Below, piece after piece: positions 37,892 to 51,303 of a stretch of 64,000 nt of DNA (position 1 is the stretch's first letter; every line of letters starts with the position of its first letter). The notes beneath the pieces were generated by a model. The model did no database searches. It was not told the origin of the DNA and saw only the letters and a program-made list of their open reading frames with translations. Origin of the DNA: Okamejei kenojei (taxonomy: Eukaryota); contig CM069133.1 of NCBI GenBank assembly GCA_035221665.1, forward strand, positions 44,702,001 to 44,766,000, written 5' to 3'. A program made the position numbers and the translations under genes.

Positions 37892-40800
37892 CCTTTTTTT
37901 TAAAAATATATTTATTAGAAGTACATTACATTTTAATGGTACCTTTTTACAGGTTCCCAGAATTATTAAAACATTATTTGTATAACTTCCTTTTTTTTTA
38001 AACATTTTTTTTAGAAAGAAATGAGAAAGAAAGTAGTGAAGTGTGAAGAATAGACTAGTGAGTGTAGAGTGAAGAAAGAAATGTGAGAAAGTAAAGCAGA
38101 AAGGAGATTCTCCCAAGCAACCCATCGATGTTATTTTTTTAATAATCTTAATCAATTCAGTCAAAACCAGAATTTTTTATTTTATGATGATATTACACCG
38201 CATGATTCCACTAGGGTCAATAAATGGAGACCAACTCATTAAGAATTGGTCTTTTTTTCTATTAGGAGGAGTCTCATTTCTTCCAAATGTGCCGTTTCCA
38301 ATATATTACCAATTCACATTTTGAGTGTTGGTATAGTAGCCTTTTTCCAAAATTTAAGTATGAGTTTTTTCGCTATTATTAAACCATAATTAAAAAATGA
38401 GATTTGGGATATATTTAATGTATTTACATCTCCAAAGATATTCATTTCCATGCTAGGTTCCATTTTTATCTTAAATAAACTAGTGAATATATCAAATATA
38501 TCACACCAAAAACTTTGAAGTTTTATGCAAGAAATGAAAGAGTGTGTAAGATTGGCATTTTGAGAAAGACATTTATCACAAATTGGTGAGATATTTGAAT
38601 AAAATTTATTCAACCTAACTTTTGAATAATATAGTCTGTGTAATATTTTAAATTGAATTAAATTATGTTTGGAGTTAATCGAACATTTATGTATATATAT
38701 CAAATACCTCTCCCATGTTTCTTTAGAAATTTTTATCATTAAATCTTTTTTCCAGTCTTCTCTAATTGCCTCTGTTGAAGGCAATTCTCTATTAAGAATA
38801 CTATTATATAGATATGATATTAATTTTTGTGAGTCCGCCTTAATATTCATTGCTTCTTCCAGTGGGTCTATCGTTATATTCTGTAATCTTGGTATATATT
38901 TTTTTATAAAGTCACATATCTGTAAATAATTAAAGTATTGGTTATTATTCAAATTAAATTTTGATTTTAATTGTTGAAATGATAATAAATTTGCCATTTC
39001 ATACATGTCACCCAACTTTTTAATTCCCAGTCTTTCCCATTGTCAATATGTTTTATCCATAATAGATGGTTTAAATACGGGTTATTCACTATTGGTGTTA
39101 ATGAAGATAAGTTTCTTAATTTTAAGTTTAACTTTATTTGTTTCCAAATTCGAATTATATCGTGTATAATTGGATTCTTCTTATATAATATATTATTCAT
39201 TTTATCGGGGAGAAGAGAATCGCTCCTAAATCATAAGGGAAACAATCCTCTTTTTCCATTCTTATCCATTCCATCTGTTGAGAAGAACAATCCAACTAAT
39301 AAATAATATTCTTAATATGCACTGCCTAATAATAATATAAAAAAATTAGGCAGTGCAAGTCCCCCTACATATTTAGGTTTACATAAATGATTTATTTTAA
39401 TTCTATGTGCTTTGTAGTCCATATAAAATTCGTAATATTAGACTCTAGTATAAAAAATATATATTTTGGTATATATATTGGTGTGGATTTAAATAAATAT
39501 AATATTTGTGGTAGCACTATCAGTTTTATAGCATTTATTCTGCCAATTAATGATAGTGATAGCGTTTTCCAAAATGTAATCAAAGTGTTCAATTTATTTA
39601 ACAGAGGACTAAAATTAGCATTAAATAATGATTTATATCTTCTGGTAACTTGAATACGTAAATACTTACATTTTTCCGTTGCAATTTTAAATGGAAATTT
39701 TAATAGATGATTCGCTTTCTGAGGATGTAATGACATAATTTCACTTTTATTCCAATTTATTCTATATCCAGAAAAGGAACCAAATTCCTCTATTACATTT
39801 AATATGTTCGGGATACTCGTTTCTGAATTTCTAATATATAAAGGTATATCATCCGCGTATAATGAAATTTTATTATTAGAGTCCTTAGAATTATATCCCT
39901 GAATATTCGGATGAGTTCTTATCCTTTCAGCCAATGGCTCTATCATAAGGGCAAATAGCAGGGTGATAAAACACATCCCTGCATATTGCCCCGTGATAGT
40001 TGAAATTTTTGAGACAACGTATTATTAGTTAATATTCTTGCTGTTGGTTTATTGAATAATAATTTTACCCATCTAATAAAATTATCTCCCATATTAAATT
40101 TTTGGAGTACTATGTATAAATACTGCCACACTACCTGATCAAATGCTTTTTCTGCGTCCAAAGATATAACTGATAAGTCTTCCTTTTCCCCTTTATGTGA
40201 ATACATTATATTATAAAGTCATCTCAAATTGTTAAATGATTGTCTTTTGGGTATAGAAACATAGAAACATAGAAATTAGGTGCAGGAGCAGGCCATTTGG
40301 CCCTTCGAGCCTGCACTGCCATTCAATATGATCATGGCTGATCATCCAACTCAGTATCCTGTACCTGCCTTCTCTCCATACCCCCTGATCCCTTCAGCCA
40401 CAAGGGCCACATCCAACTCCCTCTTAAATATGGCCAACGAAACTGGCCTCAACTACCTTCTGTGGCAGAGAATTCCACAGATTCACCACTCTCTGTGTGA
40501 AAAACGATTTTCTCATCTCAGTCCTAAAAGACTTCCCCCTTATCCTTAAACTGTGACACCTTGTCCTGGACTTCCCCAACATCGGGAACAATCTTCCTGC
40601 ATCTAGCCTGTCCAACCCCTTAAGAATTTTGTAAGTCTCTATGAGATCACCCCTCAATCTTCTAAATTCCAGCGAGTACAAGCCAAGTCTATCCAGTCTT
40701 TCTTCATATGGAAGTCGTTGCCATCCCAGGAATCAGTCTGGTGAACCTTCTGTGTACTCCCTCTATGGCAAGAATGTCTTTCCTCAGATTAGGTGACCAA

Positions 40801-43800
40801 AACTGTACGCAATACTCCAGGTGTGGCCTCACCAAGACCCTGTACAACTGCAGTAGTACCTCCCTGCTCTTGTACTCAAATCCTTTTGCTATGAATGCCA
40901 ACATACCATTCGCTTTCTTCACAGCCTGCTGCACCTGCATGCCTACTTTCAATGACTGGTGTACCATGACACCCAGGTCTCACTGCATCTCCCCTTTTCC
41001 TAATCGTTCACCATTCAAATAATAGTCTACCTTCCTGTTTTTGCCACCAAAGTGGATAACCTAACATTTATCCACATTATACTGCTTCTGCCATGCATTT
41101 GCCCACTCGCCCAGTCTATCCAAGTCATCCTGCAGCCTCCTAGCATTCTCCTCACAGCTATAAACCCCGTTTGGTCCTGGTTTATCTATTTATTAATATA
41201 TTTGCTCAATCTTCTTGCTAAAATCTTTGCTAAAATTTTTTGGTCTGTATTTAAAAGTGATATAGCTCTATACGAGCCCGGATCTTCTAGATCTTTATCT
41301 TTTTTTTGTATAAGGATAATTGTAGATTCTGCTAAAGTTTCTGGTAATTTCTTATCGGTAAAAGCATACCTGTATAATTTAAGTAATCGTGGGACCATTA
41401 ACTCCTGAAATCTTTTATAAAATTAAATTTAAAAACCATCAGGCCCTGGAGTCTTCCCATTTTTCAATTCTTTTATTGTTTCTCTTATTTCTTCACTTGT
41501 AATCTGGGCTCCTAATTCCTCTTGTTCTAAGATATCCAATTTTGGCAAGTTACACTTATCTTATTATGTTATAATTTTATTGTCTTCAATGTTAGTTTTA
41601 TATGTATATAAATTTTGATAAAATTGAGCAAACCTTTTGTTAATATCCTTAGGTAAAGTTAATAGTTCCCCGTTCTCTGATTTGATTTTACTAATTGTTT
41701 TTTCCTTTTCTTGTTCCTTCAATTGTCGTGCTAGAGGTTTATGTGGTTTATCCCCAAATACAAATTGTACTTGTTTTGTGATCTGAAATAATCTTATTGC
41801 TCTTGCCGATAATATTCAATTAAGTTTAAATTTCAGTAATGTGATCTTATTATGTTTATCTATGTTTGGGTCTTTTTTGTGTTTCCTAATTCTAATAATT
41901 TAATTTCCTTTTCTAACGTCCCTTGTTCTGTCCTGTTTTTTTTATTTAGAAAAACTTTGATACGAAATTATAACGTCCACAAATGAAATGCCTTAAAAGA
42001 TTCCCATAATAGAGATGGTGAAATCCCTGGAGTCTCATTTATTTTAAAAAAATGTTCATTTGTTGTTTTAAATACTCGTAACCTTGTGAGTCATTAGCTA
42101 TTTATGTGTTAAATCTCCAAAAAAACGTTTGTACCTGGCATACACTTAAAGTGAAAGTCAGCGGGGAGTGATCAGAAATAATACTGTTGTGTGTATTTAG
42201 GATTAATCGTGTATGGTATTAGTTTTGAGTCCACTAAAAAATAATCAATTCTTGAATAAGTTTTGTGTACTGATGAGTAAAACGAATATTCCCTTCCAGT
42301 TGGGTTAGTTATTCTCCATAAATCTATTATATTAGTGTTTTTTATATGTGTTTAAGAATTCACTCTAGACTTGGATTTTTGCACTACCCTTCCTAAATTT
42401 TGTTGATTTGTCTAAGTATGGATCTATAACACAATTAAAGTCCCCCCCTAGTATTACATTTTGAAAATTGTACTCATCTATTTGATCCATAATTTTCTTA
42501 AAAAATTGGGGATTATCAAAGTTTGGAGCGTAAATATTTATCAGGAGTCAGTGGAGTGCAATACATTCTCCTGCCACTATCGTGTATCCTTCCTTCTTTA
42601 TCAGATATTGTATTCTTTAATATATTAACGATATTACCTTTCCGAATAATAAAAGCCGTTCCTCTGGCTTTAGCAGTAAATGACGAATGATACATTTGGC
42701 CTATCCAGTTTGCCCTAAATCTCATCTGTGTTTGTAGTTTCGTATGCGTTTCTTGCAGAAAACGCTATATCCACCTTCAAAAGATTTTAAATGGGCCATA
42801 ATCTTGCCCCTTTTAATTGGATCATTCGCACCCTAAAATTTCAACTACAAAATGTGACTCCTCCATTCTTATTTTCCTTATTGTCCTGCATTATAAATAG
42901 GTTTTAATAATTTTACTTCATGTGGTGTAATTAGGTTCCTCAGACTTTTGGGTATGTGGGTATCATCCCACACTTCTGATGTTATTTTACCTCTCCTCCG
43001 TATATTGAACCTCTGTAATAAAAAGAGAAAGGTGTGTTGAAAAATAGTGATGAAAAAAAGAAAAATAGTTAATTGAGCCACATAAGAGTAAATGCAACAA
43101 CAACAACAACAAAACTCTTGATTTTAAGGTATCCAAAAGGTGACCCCTAAATAAAGAAGCTTTTTACAGCTTTTTATGCTAACATGTAGCGAAACGCCTA
43201 TGTGACTTTAACCTGTTTAAAACAGCGGGGATTGAACCTCCGAACTTTAGACTCTGCGTGGACGTGATTATTCATTGAGTTCAGCCACCCAGTAAATGGT
43301 TTTAGACCCTTTTACAACTAACAATGTTGCACCGTTTTCATCCAAATATATCTTAATATCCGGGAGATACATCTTAATATATCTAAGGAAAAAAAAAAAA
43401 AAGGTCTATTAATATCCTTAATGTTTCTCTTTTCTACCCCGATTTTAAACCTTCTATATTACTTGCTCGGTATCCCCGAGTCCTAGAATTAAAAAACATG
43501 AGAACACCTGCCCTGTACCTGTCCAATATACAGTATTCATTAGTACCCTTAATTAGCCAGCCTGTTTCAAGGGTTGGCATTTCTTATCTTAAATACAACC
43601 ATCTTCCAGCCCAAACCTCTGGAACTTTTCCAGATCATTAATGCCTCTTTCTTCCCACAGGTTTATGATGTTCTAATATTCTTATACCCCTTTTCATTAA
43701 TTATAATGTGTTAGTGTACATCCTAAATTGTATTTCATTTCTTTTCAACCAAATTAACCTTATCTATCTGTTAATAATAATAATCTCTATATGCCCCTTA

Positions 43801-45325
43801 TCCCCTGAATCCATTAGGTTAATACCTTGGTTCCTCATATTAACATTACTGTAATAGCATAACCATTAATTAGTGGATATATATTAATTAATTCTTTAAG
43901 TTTTATATAGTTAATTAATTCTTTACATTACATATATACTGTATTATAAAACATTTCTTAAGTCCATAATGTCCTTTGATTTTCTTTCAAATCTGATCGA
44001 GTTGTTTCAAAATAACTGTTCTTTCAGTATTTATTTCTCTTCTCCTTATCTGTTCAAGGTTGAAAACCAGGGCCTGTTCGCATTGCATACATATTCCTGA
44101 CAGATAAAGCCTGTCCTGGTTAATGTCTAGAGCATTCCATCGTCTTAATTACAGCACAGATTCCCATAGACATTTACTCATCCGCTTTTACTTCTGTTTT
44201 TTCTAATTTTCTTTAACAATTTCTTGTGCGTAATTAAATGCCAAATCCGGGTCCGTGAAGGCGCGTTGAATAGAGTTATAATTAATTTTCATTTTCGCGG
44301 GGAAACACTATTCGTATTTCACCTCTGATTTACTTTGCAGAATGCTGCTTACTCTTTTAAATTTATTTCTTTTTTCCAGTATTTCACGTGAGTAGTCTCT
44401 GTAGAATCTGACAGTTTTTCCATCAAATGTAAGCCTCTCCCACATGGTATCATCTTCATAAGTTTATCCAAACTTGAAATGTCCAAAAATTTCACAATAA
44501 TCTGTCTTGGGGGAGAATTTGTTTCTCTTCTGAAGCGACCTGAACCCATGTGCACACATCAATCCTTTGGGTTTTCCTTCAACTTAAAGACATCTTTGAG
44601 TATTTTAGTAACGAGGTTCAGTCATTAAAATTCCTAGCTCTTGCCCTTCCTTTACTCCTACAAACTGTCCTCAAGTTCTGTCTTCCTTGATCTAGCTTCA
44701 AAGTGTTGAATTTATCTGTCAATTTATTCAATTGCTCCCGATTAACCCCTTGTTCTTCTTTTTCTGGTCGATATTTCACGAGACATCTCACGTATTCAAT
44801 CTTCATATCTTCTATCAACTTTATCAACTCCCTTCATTCAATTCATCAAATTTCTTATTATAATCATTATCCATTCTCGCCAAATTACTGAGTCGTCTCC
44901 TCTGATCCAAATCCGACAGTTTTGCTCCAAAAAATTTCAAAATGTTCCTTTTGATTCAGACGCGCAGCAAAGCCCTCTGCTTTTTCTTGGAGAGGATTAA
45001 CCTCCTTTTAGATTAATTTGCTCTCAGTATCTTGTTATTTTAGTGAGCATTTTTGGGAGAATTCCTTGTAAGATCTTGGTAGATCTTTAGTAAGATTAGC
45101 TCGTTACTGTTTCTTCCCACTGCTTCATCTCTTTCTCTTTTTCGGTCCGTTTCGTCTCCCTTTTGTAGCCATTTCAGATTAGCTTGTTGAGAATTCAAAA
45201 TTCTTAGTCTGAAACTTTCAGTTGTTGTTTGGAGGGCTTGCCAAATCGTCTTCCAGCAGGAGTCTGATTGTGGGATTTCAGTCTGGATAGTGGAGCCAGC
45301 AGGGGTCTGATAGTGGAGCAGCACA
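37892..45325 (-). mobile_element. Near full-length fish-type L1 LINE, antisense in intron 1
   Basis: Poly(T) at ~37894. ORF2 motifs SYRAISLLNTDQKILAK, SLDAEKAFD, LYADD, CDKC...LTHSF; endonuclease remnants to ~42850; ORF1 remnants (PPRQIIVKFL) ~44180-45180. Many indels. Confidence 0.9.
40255..41157 (-). mobile_element. CR1 3' fragment nested in L1 RT
   Basis: Near-identical to ~29710-30610; L1 ORF2 continues on both sides. Confidence 0.95.
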
Positions 45326-45535
45326 GCCGGGAGAAGGGACCACTGTTAGTGTCCACAATCCCACTCTACCATTTTCACAAGCTCTCCACGTGGTGAGGGT
45401 TGACAAACAGCACAGCAACATCGCAGCTCAACCGCCTTCCACAAGGGGCAGGGAACCCAGGGAGTGGGCGCAAGCTCCTACATTGACTGTGGCCTCAGGA
45501 TCAGTCTTAACGTTACATTCTCTGTGTCTTCACAG

Positions 45536-45945
45536 GCTTGCAATGTCAGTGGTTGGGACATGGAGATACACCGGTCAAGGTGACGGGGAGTGAGGGTGGG
45601 GAAATAGCGCTGTGGTTCTGTACTTGCAAGTGCATCACCCTCACCATGAATACAAAGTACAACATTCAGCAGCTTCTGGTTTTTGAGCCGTGGAGAGGAT
45701 TCCAAGAAGAGCGGGGGTCCATAGGACACAAAATTATCTATCAAGCAACAAGTATTACAAAATGTGTCATTAATAAGAGAAACTCGCTACAAACCAATGG
45801 GGGTCCCGGCGGAAGATCGATGCTTCCATCATCATTAATCACTGAAAATACGGATACTAACAAGGCCTCATTTTCGTGTTGAGCTCTACAGAGCCAAACG
45901 GACAAAGTTTGGATGCCCAACATGGACTATCACAAGTATCATTGA
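45536..45945 (+). CDS. Siglec-like receptor V-set domain 1 (Siglec-15-like), multiple frameshifts
   Basis: Acceptor tctgtgtcttcacag. Frame-corrected reading WDMEIxPVKVTGSEG..SAVV..CK..HPHHEYK...RYKPMGVP..DASIIIN..DTNK..FRVEL parallels Siglec-15 WSMQVPPEVSAEAGDAAVLPCTFTHPHRHY...RFRLLGNP..DLSL...YFCRVEF (from memory). Donor not clean. Confidence 0.75.
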
Positions 45946-46966
45946 GGAATTATTTGTAACTGAATGGATTATTGTACTGTAAAACTAAGATTGCCTGTGA
46001 TTCCGATGTCACTGGCATCGCAGGACAATTGTCACGCTGTTGACTTGTTAGGTAACATCACTGGGAGATCATGTCCTTGATTGACCGCCTAAAATACAAC
46101 ACGTTGCACTAAACTGAATTTAACTCTATTCACCATCCCTTCAACCCACGTGACCCGCTGATCAACATCCTGGCTGTCGCTTTTGATAACCATGTTCACT
46201 CATACCTCCTCATTTCTGCCTGACCATGATGTACAGTCACTGTGGAAATGGGGTATGTCATTGCCACAACTGGCCTGCTGTTATAGTCACATATTATGTC
46301 TCCTCCAGTTAAGTTTCAGAATTGGTTATTGGTTTATTATTTGTCTATGCACTGAGATACAGTGACATTTTTCCGATGACTCTCCAGACAAATCATACCA
46401 TTTGAGGCACTAGAAATCTGCAGATGCTGAACCAGAGCAAAACACAAAGTGCTAAAGACACAGTGGGTCAAGCAACAACGTGGAGGAAACTGGACAAGGC
46501 AATTATCCGGTGGGATCCTTCAAACAGATGAGTATTAGGGAGAAAGATGGGATGGGGCAACGCTTGCCATGATAGGTGGATGGAGGGAGGAGAGTGTTTG
46601 GGGCACGGGGGAGGTGCCCATCAGATGGGTGGAGACAGTGATAATGGTGAGTGGTGAAAAGGAGACATAAAAGATGTCCAGACAAGGAAACAAAAAGTAA
46701 AGGCGAGGCAATGGAAGTAATGGGTCCAGGGGAGATGGCAGGGGAAAGACCTGTGATAGAAGGAACTATGGATTTGAGGATGAGAGATGAATACGGAGAA
46801 AAAAAGGAGCAGTGTGACAGGGATAATTGGAGCAAAGTGTGCACAGTGGGCCTGGTGGGGGTGGGGGGGGTGGGGGGGGGGGAGTGGGAGTTTTAACTTG
46901 AACTTTGAGAGTTCAGTGTTCAATACGGCCGGGTTGGCGGTTACTACTTCTCAAGCTAACTTCAAG

Positions 46967-47466
46967 NNNNNNNNNNNNNNNNNNNNNNNNNNNNNNNNNN
47001 NNNNNNNNNNNNNNNNNNNNNNNNNNNNNNNNNNNNNNNNNNNNNNNNNNNNNNNNNNNNNNNNNNNNNNNNNNNNNNNNNNNNNNNNNNNNNNNNNNNN
47101 NNNNNNNNNNNNNNNNNNNNNNNNNNNNNNNNNNNNNNNNNNNNNNNNNNNNNNNNNNNNNNNNNNNNNNNNNNNNNNNNNNNNNNNNNNNNNNNNNNNN
47201 NNNNNNNNNNNNNNNNNNNNNNNNNNNNNNNNNNNNNNNNNNNNNNNNNNNNNNNNNNNNNNNNNNNNNNNNNNNNNNNNNNNNNNNNNNNNNNNNNNNN
47301 NNNNNNNNNNNNNNNNNNNNNNNNNNNNNNNNNNNNNNNNNNNNNNNNNNNNNNNNNNNNNNNNNNNNNNNNNNNNNNNNNNNNNNNNNNNNNNNNNNNN
47401 NNNNNNNNNNNNNNNNNNNNNNNNNNNNNNNNNNNNNNNNNNNNNNNNNNNNNNNNNNNNNNNNNN
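46967..47466. other. Assembly gap (500 N)
   Basis: Run of N. Confidence 1.
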
Positions 47467-48160
47467 GTATTCCGTTGTATTTATGATTTGGATGAGGGGA
47501 TTGGAAGATTTGTGGCCAAGTTTGCGGATGATACGAAATAGGCGGAGGGAGCAGGTAGTGCAGAGAAAGCAGGGTCGTTCTGCAGAAGAACTTGGACGGA
47601 TAGGTTGGGTGAGTGGGCAGAGAAAGTGACGATGGGAAAAAGTGTGGAAAAGTGTGGGTCATGTATTTTTGTAATAGGATTAAAGGCGTTGTTGATTAAA
47701 TTCCTAAATGGGTGAGAGAATCCAGAATTCGGAGGTGCAAGGCGACTTGTGGAATGCTCGGGTGCGGATTCCCAAAAAAGTTAATCTGCGAGTCGATTCA
47801 GTTGTAAAAGAAAGCAACAAATGGGATGTGGAGGAGATGTTTCATTAGTGGGATAGTCTAAGACGAGAGATTTTGCCTCAGAATTAAAGGTACGTCCTTT
47901 TGGAAGAGATGGAGGAGGAATTTCTGTTGTCGGAGTGTGATGAATCTATTGGAATTCTTTGCCACAGACGGCTGTGGAGGCAAAGTCGGTGGATATATTT
48001 AAGGCAGAGATAAATCGATCCTGATTAGTGCGGGTGTCAGAGGTTATGAGAAGGCTGGAGAATGATTAGGAGAGATAGATCAGCCGCGATTGAATTGGCG
48101 GAGTGAGTAGCCTTGATGGGTCCGAATGGTCTAATTCTACTCCTATCACATATAATTGTA
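47467..48160 (+). mobile_element. CR1 3' fragment, indel-rich
   Basis: aagtttgcggatgatac (FADD) through to a CR1 3' UTR-like end. Confidence 0.85.
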
Positions 48161-48533
48161 TGAACGTGCCTCCCGTAGATGAGCTTTATGGGTGCAGACC
48201 CTAGACCCCCACCCCACCCAACCTGATTCAGCTACCACGCCTTTAGCATCTCCATCCTCCTCTTCCGGTTCCTCTCTTTCGAAGGTCAAAGCTCAATGGG
48301 AGCCATGAAGGCTCCATCTTGTCCAGACTAAGCTGATATGTCTTTAGTTCAGATTGGCCCTTAATAGAATACTGCAGGAGGTCAGGAATTAAAAAATAAA
48401 CAGATGGGATCAGAGTGGGAATGGGATGGAAAAATCAAGTCACCAAATGTGGATGAACTAGTGATAAATACCGTGTGGTTATTGTATTCATTACTAAATC
48501 ATATTCACACTTTTAAAACTCTTCTCTGTGCAG

Positions 48534-48893
48534 GTGATAAACGACAGAGCATACATGGTGATGGGTGGAGGGTGCGATCTGCACACTGCCCTTGCTCCTT
48601 CGTCCCTCGACAGGAATCCCCGCTCCATCACCATCAGCTGGATGAAGGGAATCCATCAAAATGGTTGTTGTCTTTCGTCACACTTTCCCGAACCAGAGCA
48701 CATCGCATTCCTGAAAATGTAAATATAGGGGATCGATATGAGATGCGTGGGAAACCTTACGCAGGAGACGCCTCCATCAGAGTGAGGCAACTCAAACTGG
48801 GTGACGGCAGCGATTACTCCTGTCACGTTTCTGTAGGAATTTCAACGGTTGATGACTGTGACTCAGGATGAGATGAAAAACTGCAGGTTGTGG
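48534..48893 (+). CDS. Siglec-like receptor V-set domain 2, frameshifted
   Basis: Acceptor ctctgtgcag, donor gtaagg. PCSFVP, ITISWMKG, RYEMRGKPYAGDASIRVRQLKLGDGSDYSCHV, DEMKLQVV. Confidence 0.88.
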
Positions 48894-49538
48894 GTAAGGA
48901 AAAAACGTAAAGTTATGCTGTAAAGATATTTCATATTGAACAACCTAAGAGGAATGAGCTCCCACTGACAGCGTAGACCCAGCACAGGAACAGCGGCTTT
49001 GGCCCGCATGTCTGTACCCAAACTGATGCTACGTTATCTCATCTACTGCAGGTGATACTTTTCTTCCATTACCTGCATTTAAAAAAGCCTCTAAATACTC
49101 CACTATCATAGGCGCCTCCCCTCCCACCCTAGCAGTATTTTCCTGGCACCCACCACCCTTATGTAAACAATATCTTTCCCCAAAATATCTCTTTCAATCT
49201 TTTCCCTCTGTCCTTAATCACAAATGCCGTCTATTCATTGACATTTCTTTGCCATTAGGCATAGGATATCTGACTCTCTGTCCTATCCATGTCTTAAATT
49301 TTTATAAAACTTTCGACAGTCCAGAAAAACAGTTCAAATATGTCCGACCTTTTTCTTATCACTAATACCTCTAATCCAGGCAGCATTCTGGTAAACCTCT
49401 TCTGAACCCTTTGCAAAGTTTCCACATCCTTCCTGTAATGGGTGAGAACTGCACATAAAACAGAATGCAATTTAATCCCAAGTGTCGTAACTAAAGTTAT
49501 ATAGAGCTACAACATGACTTCATGACTTGTATTCAGTA

Positions 49539-49745
49539 GATAGACACTAAATGCTGGAGTAACTCACCGGGGACAGGCAGCATCTCTGGAGAGAAGGAAT
49601 GGATGACGTTTCAGATCGAGTATCTTCTTCTTGACCCGAAACATGACCCATCCTTTCTCTCCAGAGATGCTGCCTACCCAGCTGAGTTACTCCAGCTTTT
49701 TGTGTCCATTTTCAGTTTTAACCAGCATCTGCAGTTCCTTCCTAC
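49539..49745. mobile_element. Inverted pair of Penelope pLTR fragments forming a palindrome
   Basis: gctggagtaactca...ggcagcatctctggagaga mirrored by tctctccagagatgctgcc...tgagttactccagc; centre ~49628. Confidence 0.8.
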
Positions 49746-50317
49746 ACTTCTTGTATTCAGTATCTTGGACCAATGAAAGCAAGCATACTGTACACGTTTT
49801 TAACATGTTGCCATTTTCAGAGAGTTATGGAATTGGATCCCAATATTTTTTTCTGTACATTAGTAATTTTAAGGGGTCTTGCCCTTGTCCTTGTTCTACT
49901 TTCCACTTGCATTCAAACCTCTCAAAGTCAACACTTCACACGTGTTCGGATCAAACTCCATCTGGCCATTTCTCTGCCTATATCTGTATTTAGATTAAAA
50001 AATTGCAGTATCTTTCTACAGTTCTACAGTTATCTGCCTTCCTCATGATAGTCTTGCACTTTCAATAAGCACACTACAGACCATGCGTGGGTTTTTGATA
50101 TTTGAGCTGCCACTTATGTGGACTGTACATTTGCAATTGACTTCACTTTCTCATGTTTGAACAGAGGTGAACGCCACTGTCTCATCTCTAATGTCACTGT
50201 TGACAGCAGTCTTGTGCCATCTCCAGTGATATTGTCATCAGCCTATGGTTATGGTGGTATGGGTCAGGTGATATTGACTTCTGAGGCAGTTCTGGCCAGT
50301 TCTTGTACAAACAATAA

Positions 50318-50708
50318 AGGGCCTGTCCCTCTTTGGTGACAACTGAAGACAACTGAAGACTTCTCTTGATGCCGGTAGCTGTCGCCGGTTGACGTAGGTT
50401 GACTTAGGTAGTCGCCAATTGAATTCACCGAAGTCAGCACCGGCGACAACCTACGTTATCCTGGCAACAACCTACGACAGCACCTACGTCAGGAGAAGAC
50501 AAGCTACGAGAAGCCCAAGGTTGCCAAGAGTCGCCGAAAAGTTTAGACCATTTCAAAATCCAGCGGTGATCAGAAAAACGTTACGACTCTTTAGGCGACT
50601 TGAGGAGACAACTCACAACCATACAGATGATACCCCAGGCGACCGTGTGGCGACTGCCCAGTCGCATGTAGTGGCCTAAAAAAAAAATCGCGTAAGTTGG
50701 ACAGGCCT
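50318..50708. mobile_element. PIF/Harbinger-type MITE
   Basis: TIR ggcctgtcc...ggacaggcc flanked by taa/tta; internal gtcgcc/ggcgac repeats. Confidence 0.7.
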
Positions 50709-50939
50709 TAAGCAAGTTATTGAAATTGTTGCTTTAAATGTTAGCACAAAGGCTTCATGCTGCCCAGACAGAAGATGAGGTGCTTGAGATTGGGCCTCGT
50801 TAGAACAGTGCAGGAGGTCTGAGACAGACAGAATCAGAGCGGTAGTGGGATGGAGAATCAAAGTCACAGGCATGGATGATGTAATTTTTATAAACCATGT
50901 GGGAATTAGATTGTTAAATACAGCTTTTGTCTTTACAAG

Positions 50940-51303
50940 ATGGAAAGAAGAAGACATCCATGGTGATTGGGAAGAGAAGAGATTCATCCATACTGCCTGC
51001 TCCTTCAGCCCCTTGAACAAGAATACCAGCCCCATCACTGTCCGCTGGATGAAGGGGAATCCACGGGAGGAGTCCCACAGTTTTTAATCACACCCACCCC
51101 CACTCTGTGAACCGTCCCTACACTGTCACTGTAAAGGGAGGAGGTCGATATGAGCTGGTGGGAAAACTAGACCAGGGAGACGCCTCTATCAGAGTGAAGG
51201 AGCTCAGAGTGAACGACAGCAGTGACTATTTCTGTCACGTTTGGGTCAGGAATTCCACACAGGAGACGGTGACATCAGGATGAGATGAAACTGGAGGTTG
51301 TGG
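50940..51303 (+). CDS. Siglec-like receptor V-set domain 3 (duplicate of domain 2), with a few frameshifts
   Basis: Acceptor gtctttacaag, donor gtaagg. CSFSP, ITVRWMKG, RYELVGKLDQGDASIRVKELRVNDSSDYFCHVWV, DEMKLEVV. Confidence 0.9.

Noticed and set aside
46787-47662. Long ORFs spanning the N run
   Set aside because: Artefacts of the 500-N gap.
45536-51303. Rearranging Ig/TCR/IgNAR V segments
   Set aside because: V2 and V3 include their own G strand and end in a splice donor; no heptamer-spacer-nonamer RSS follows any of the three V exons.
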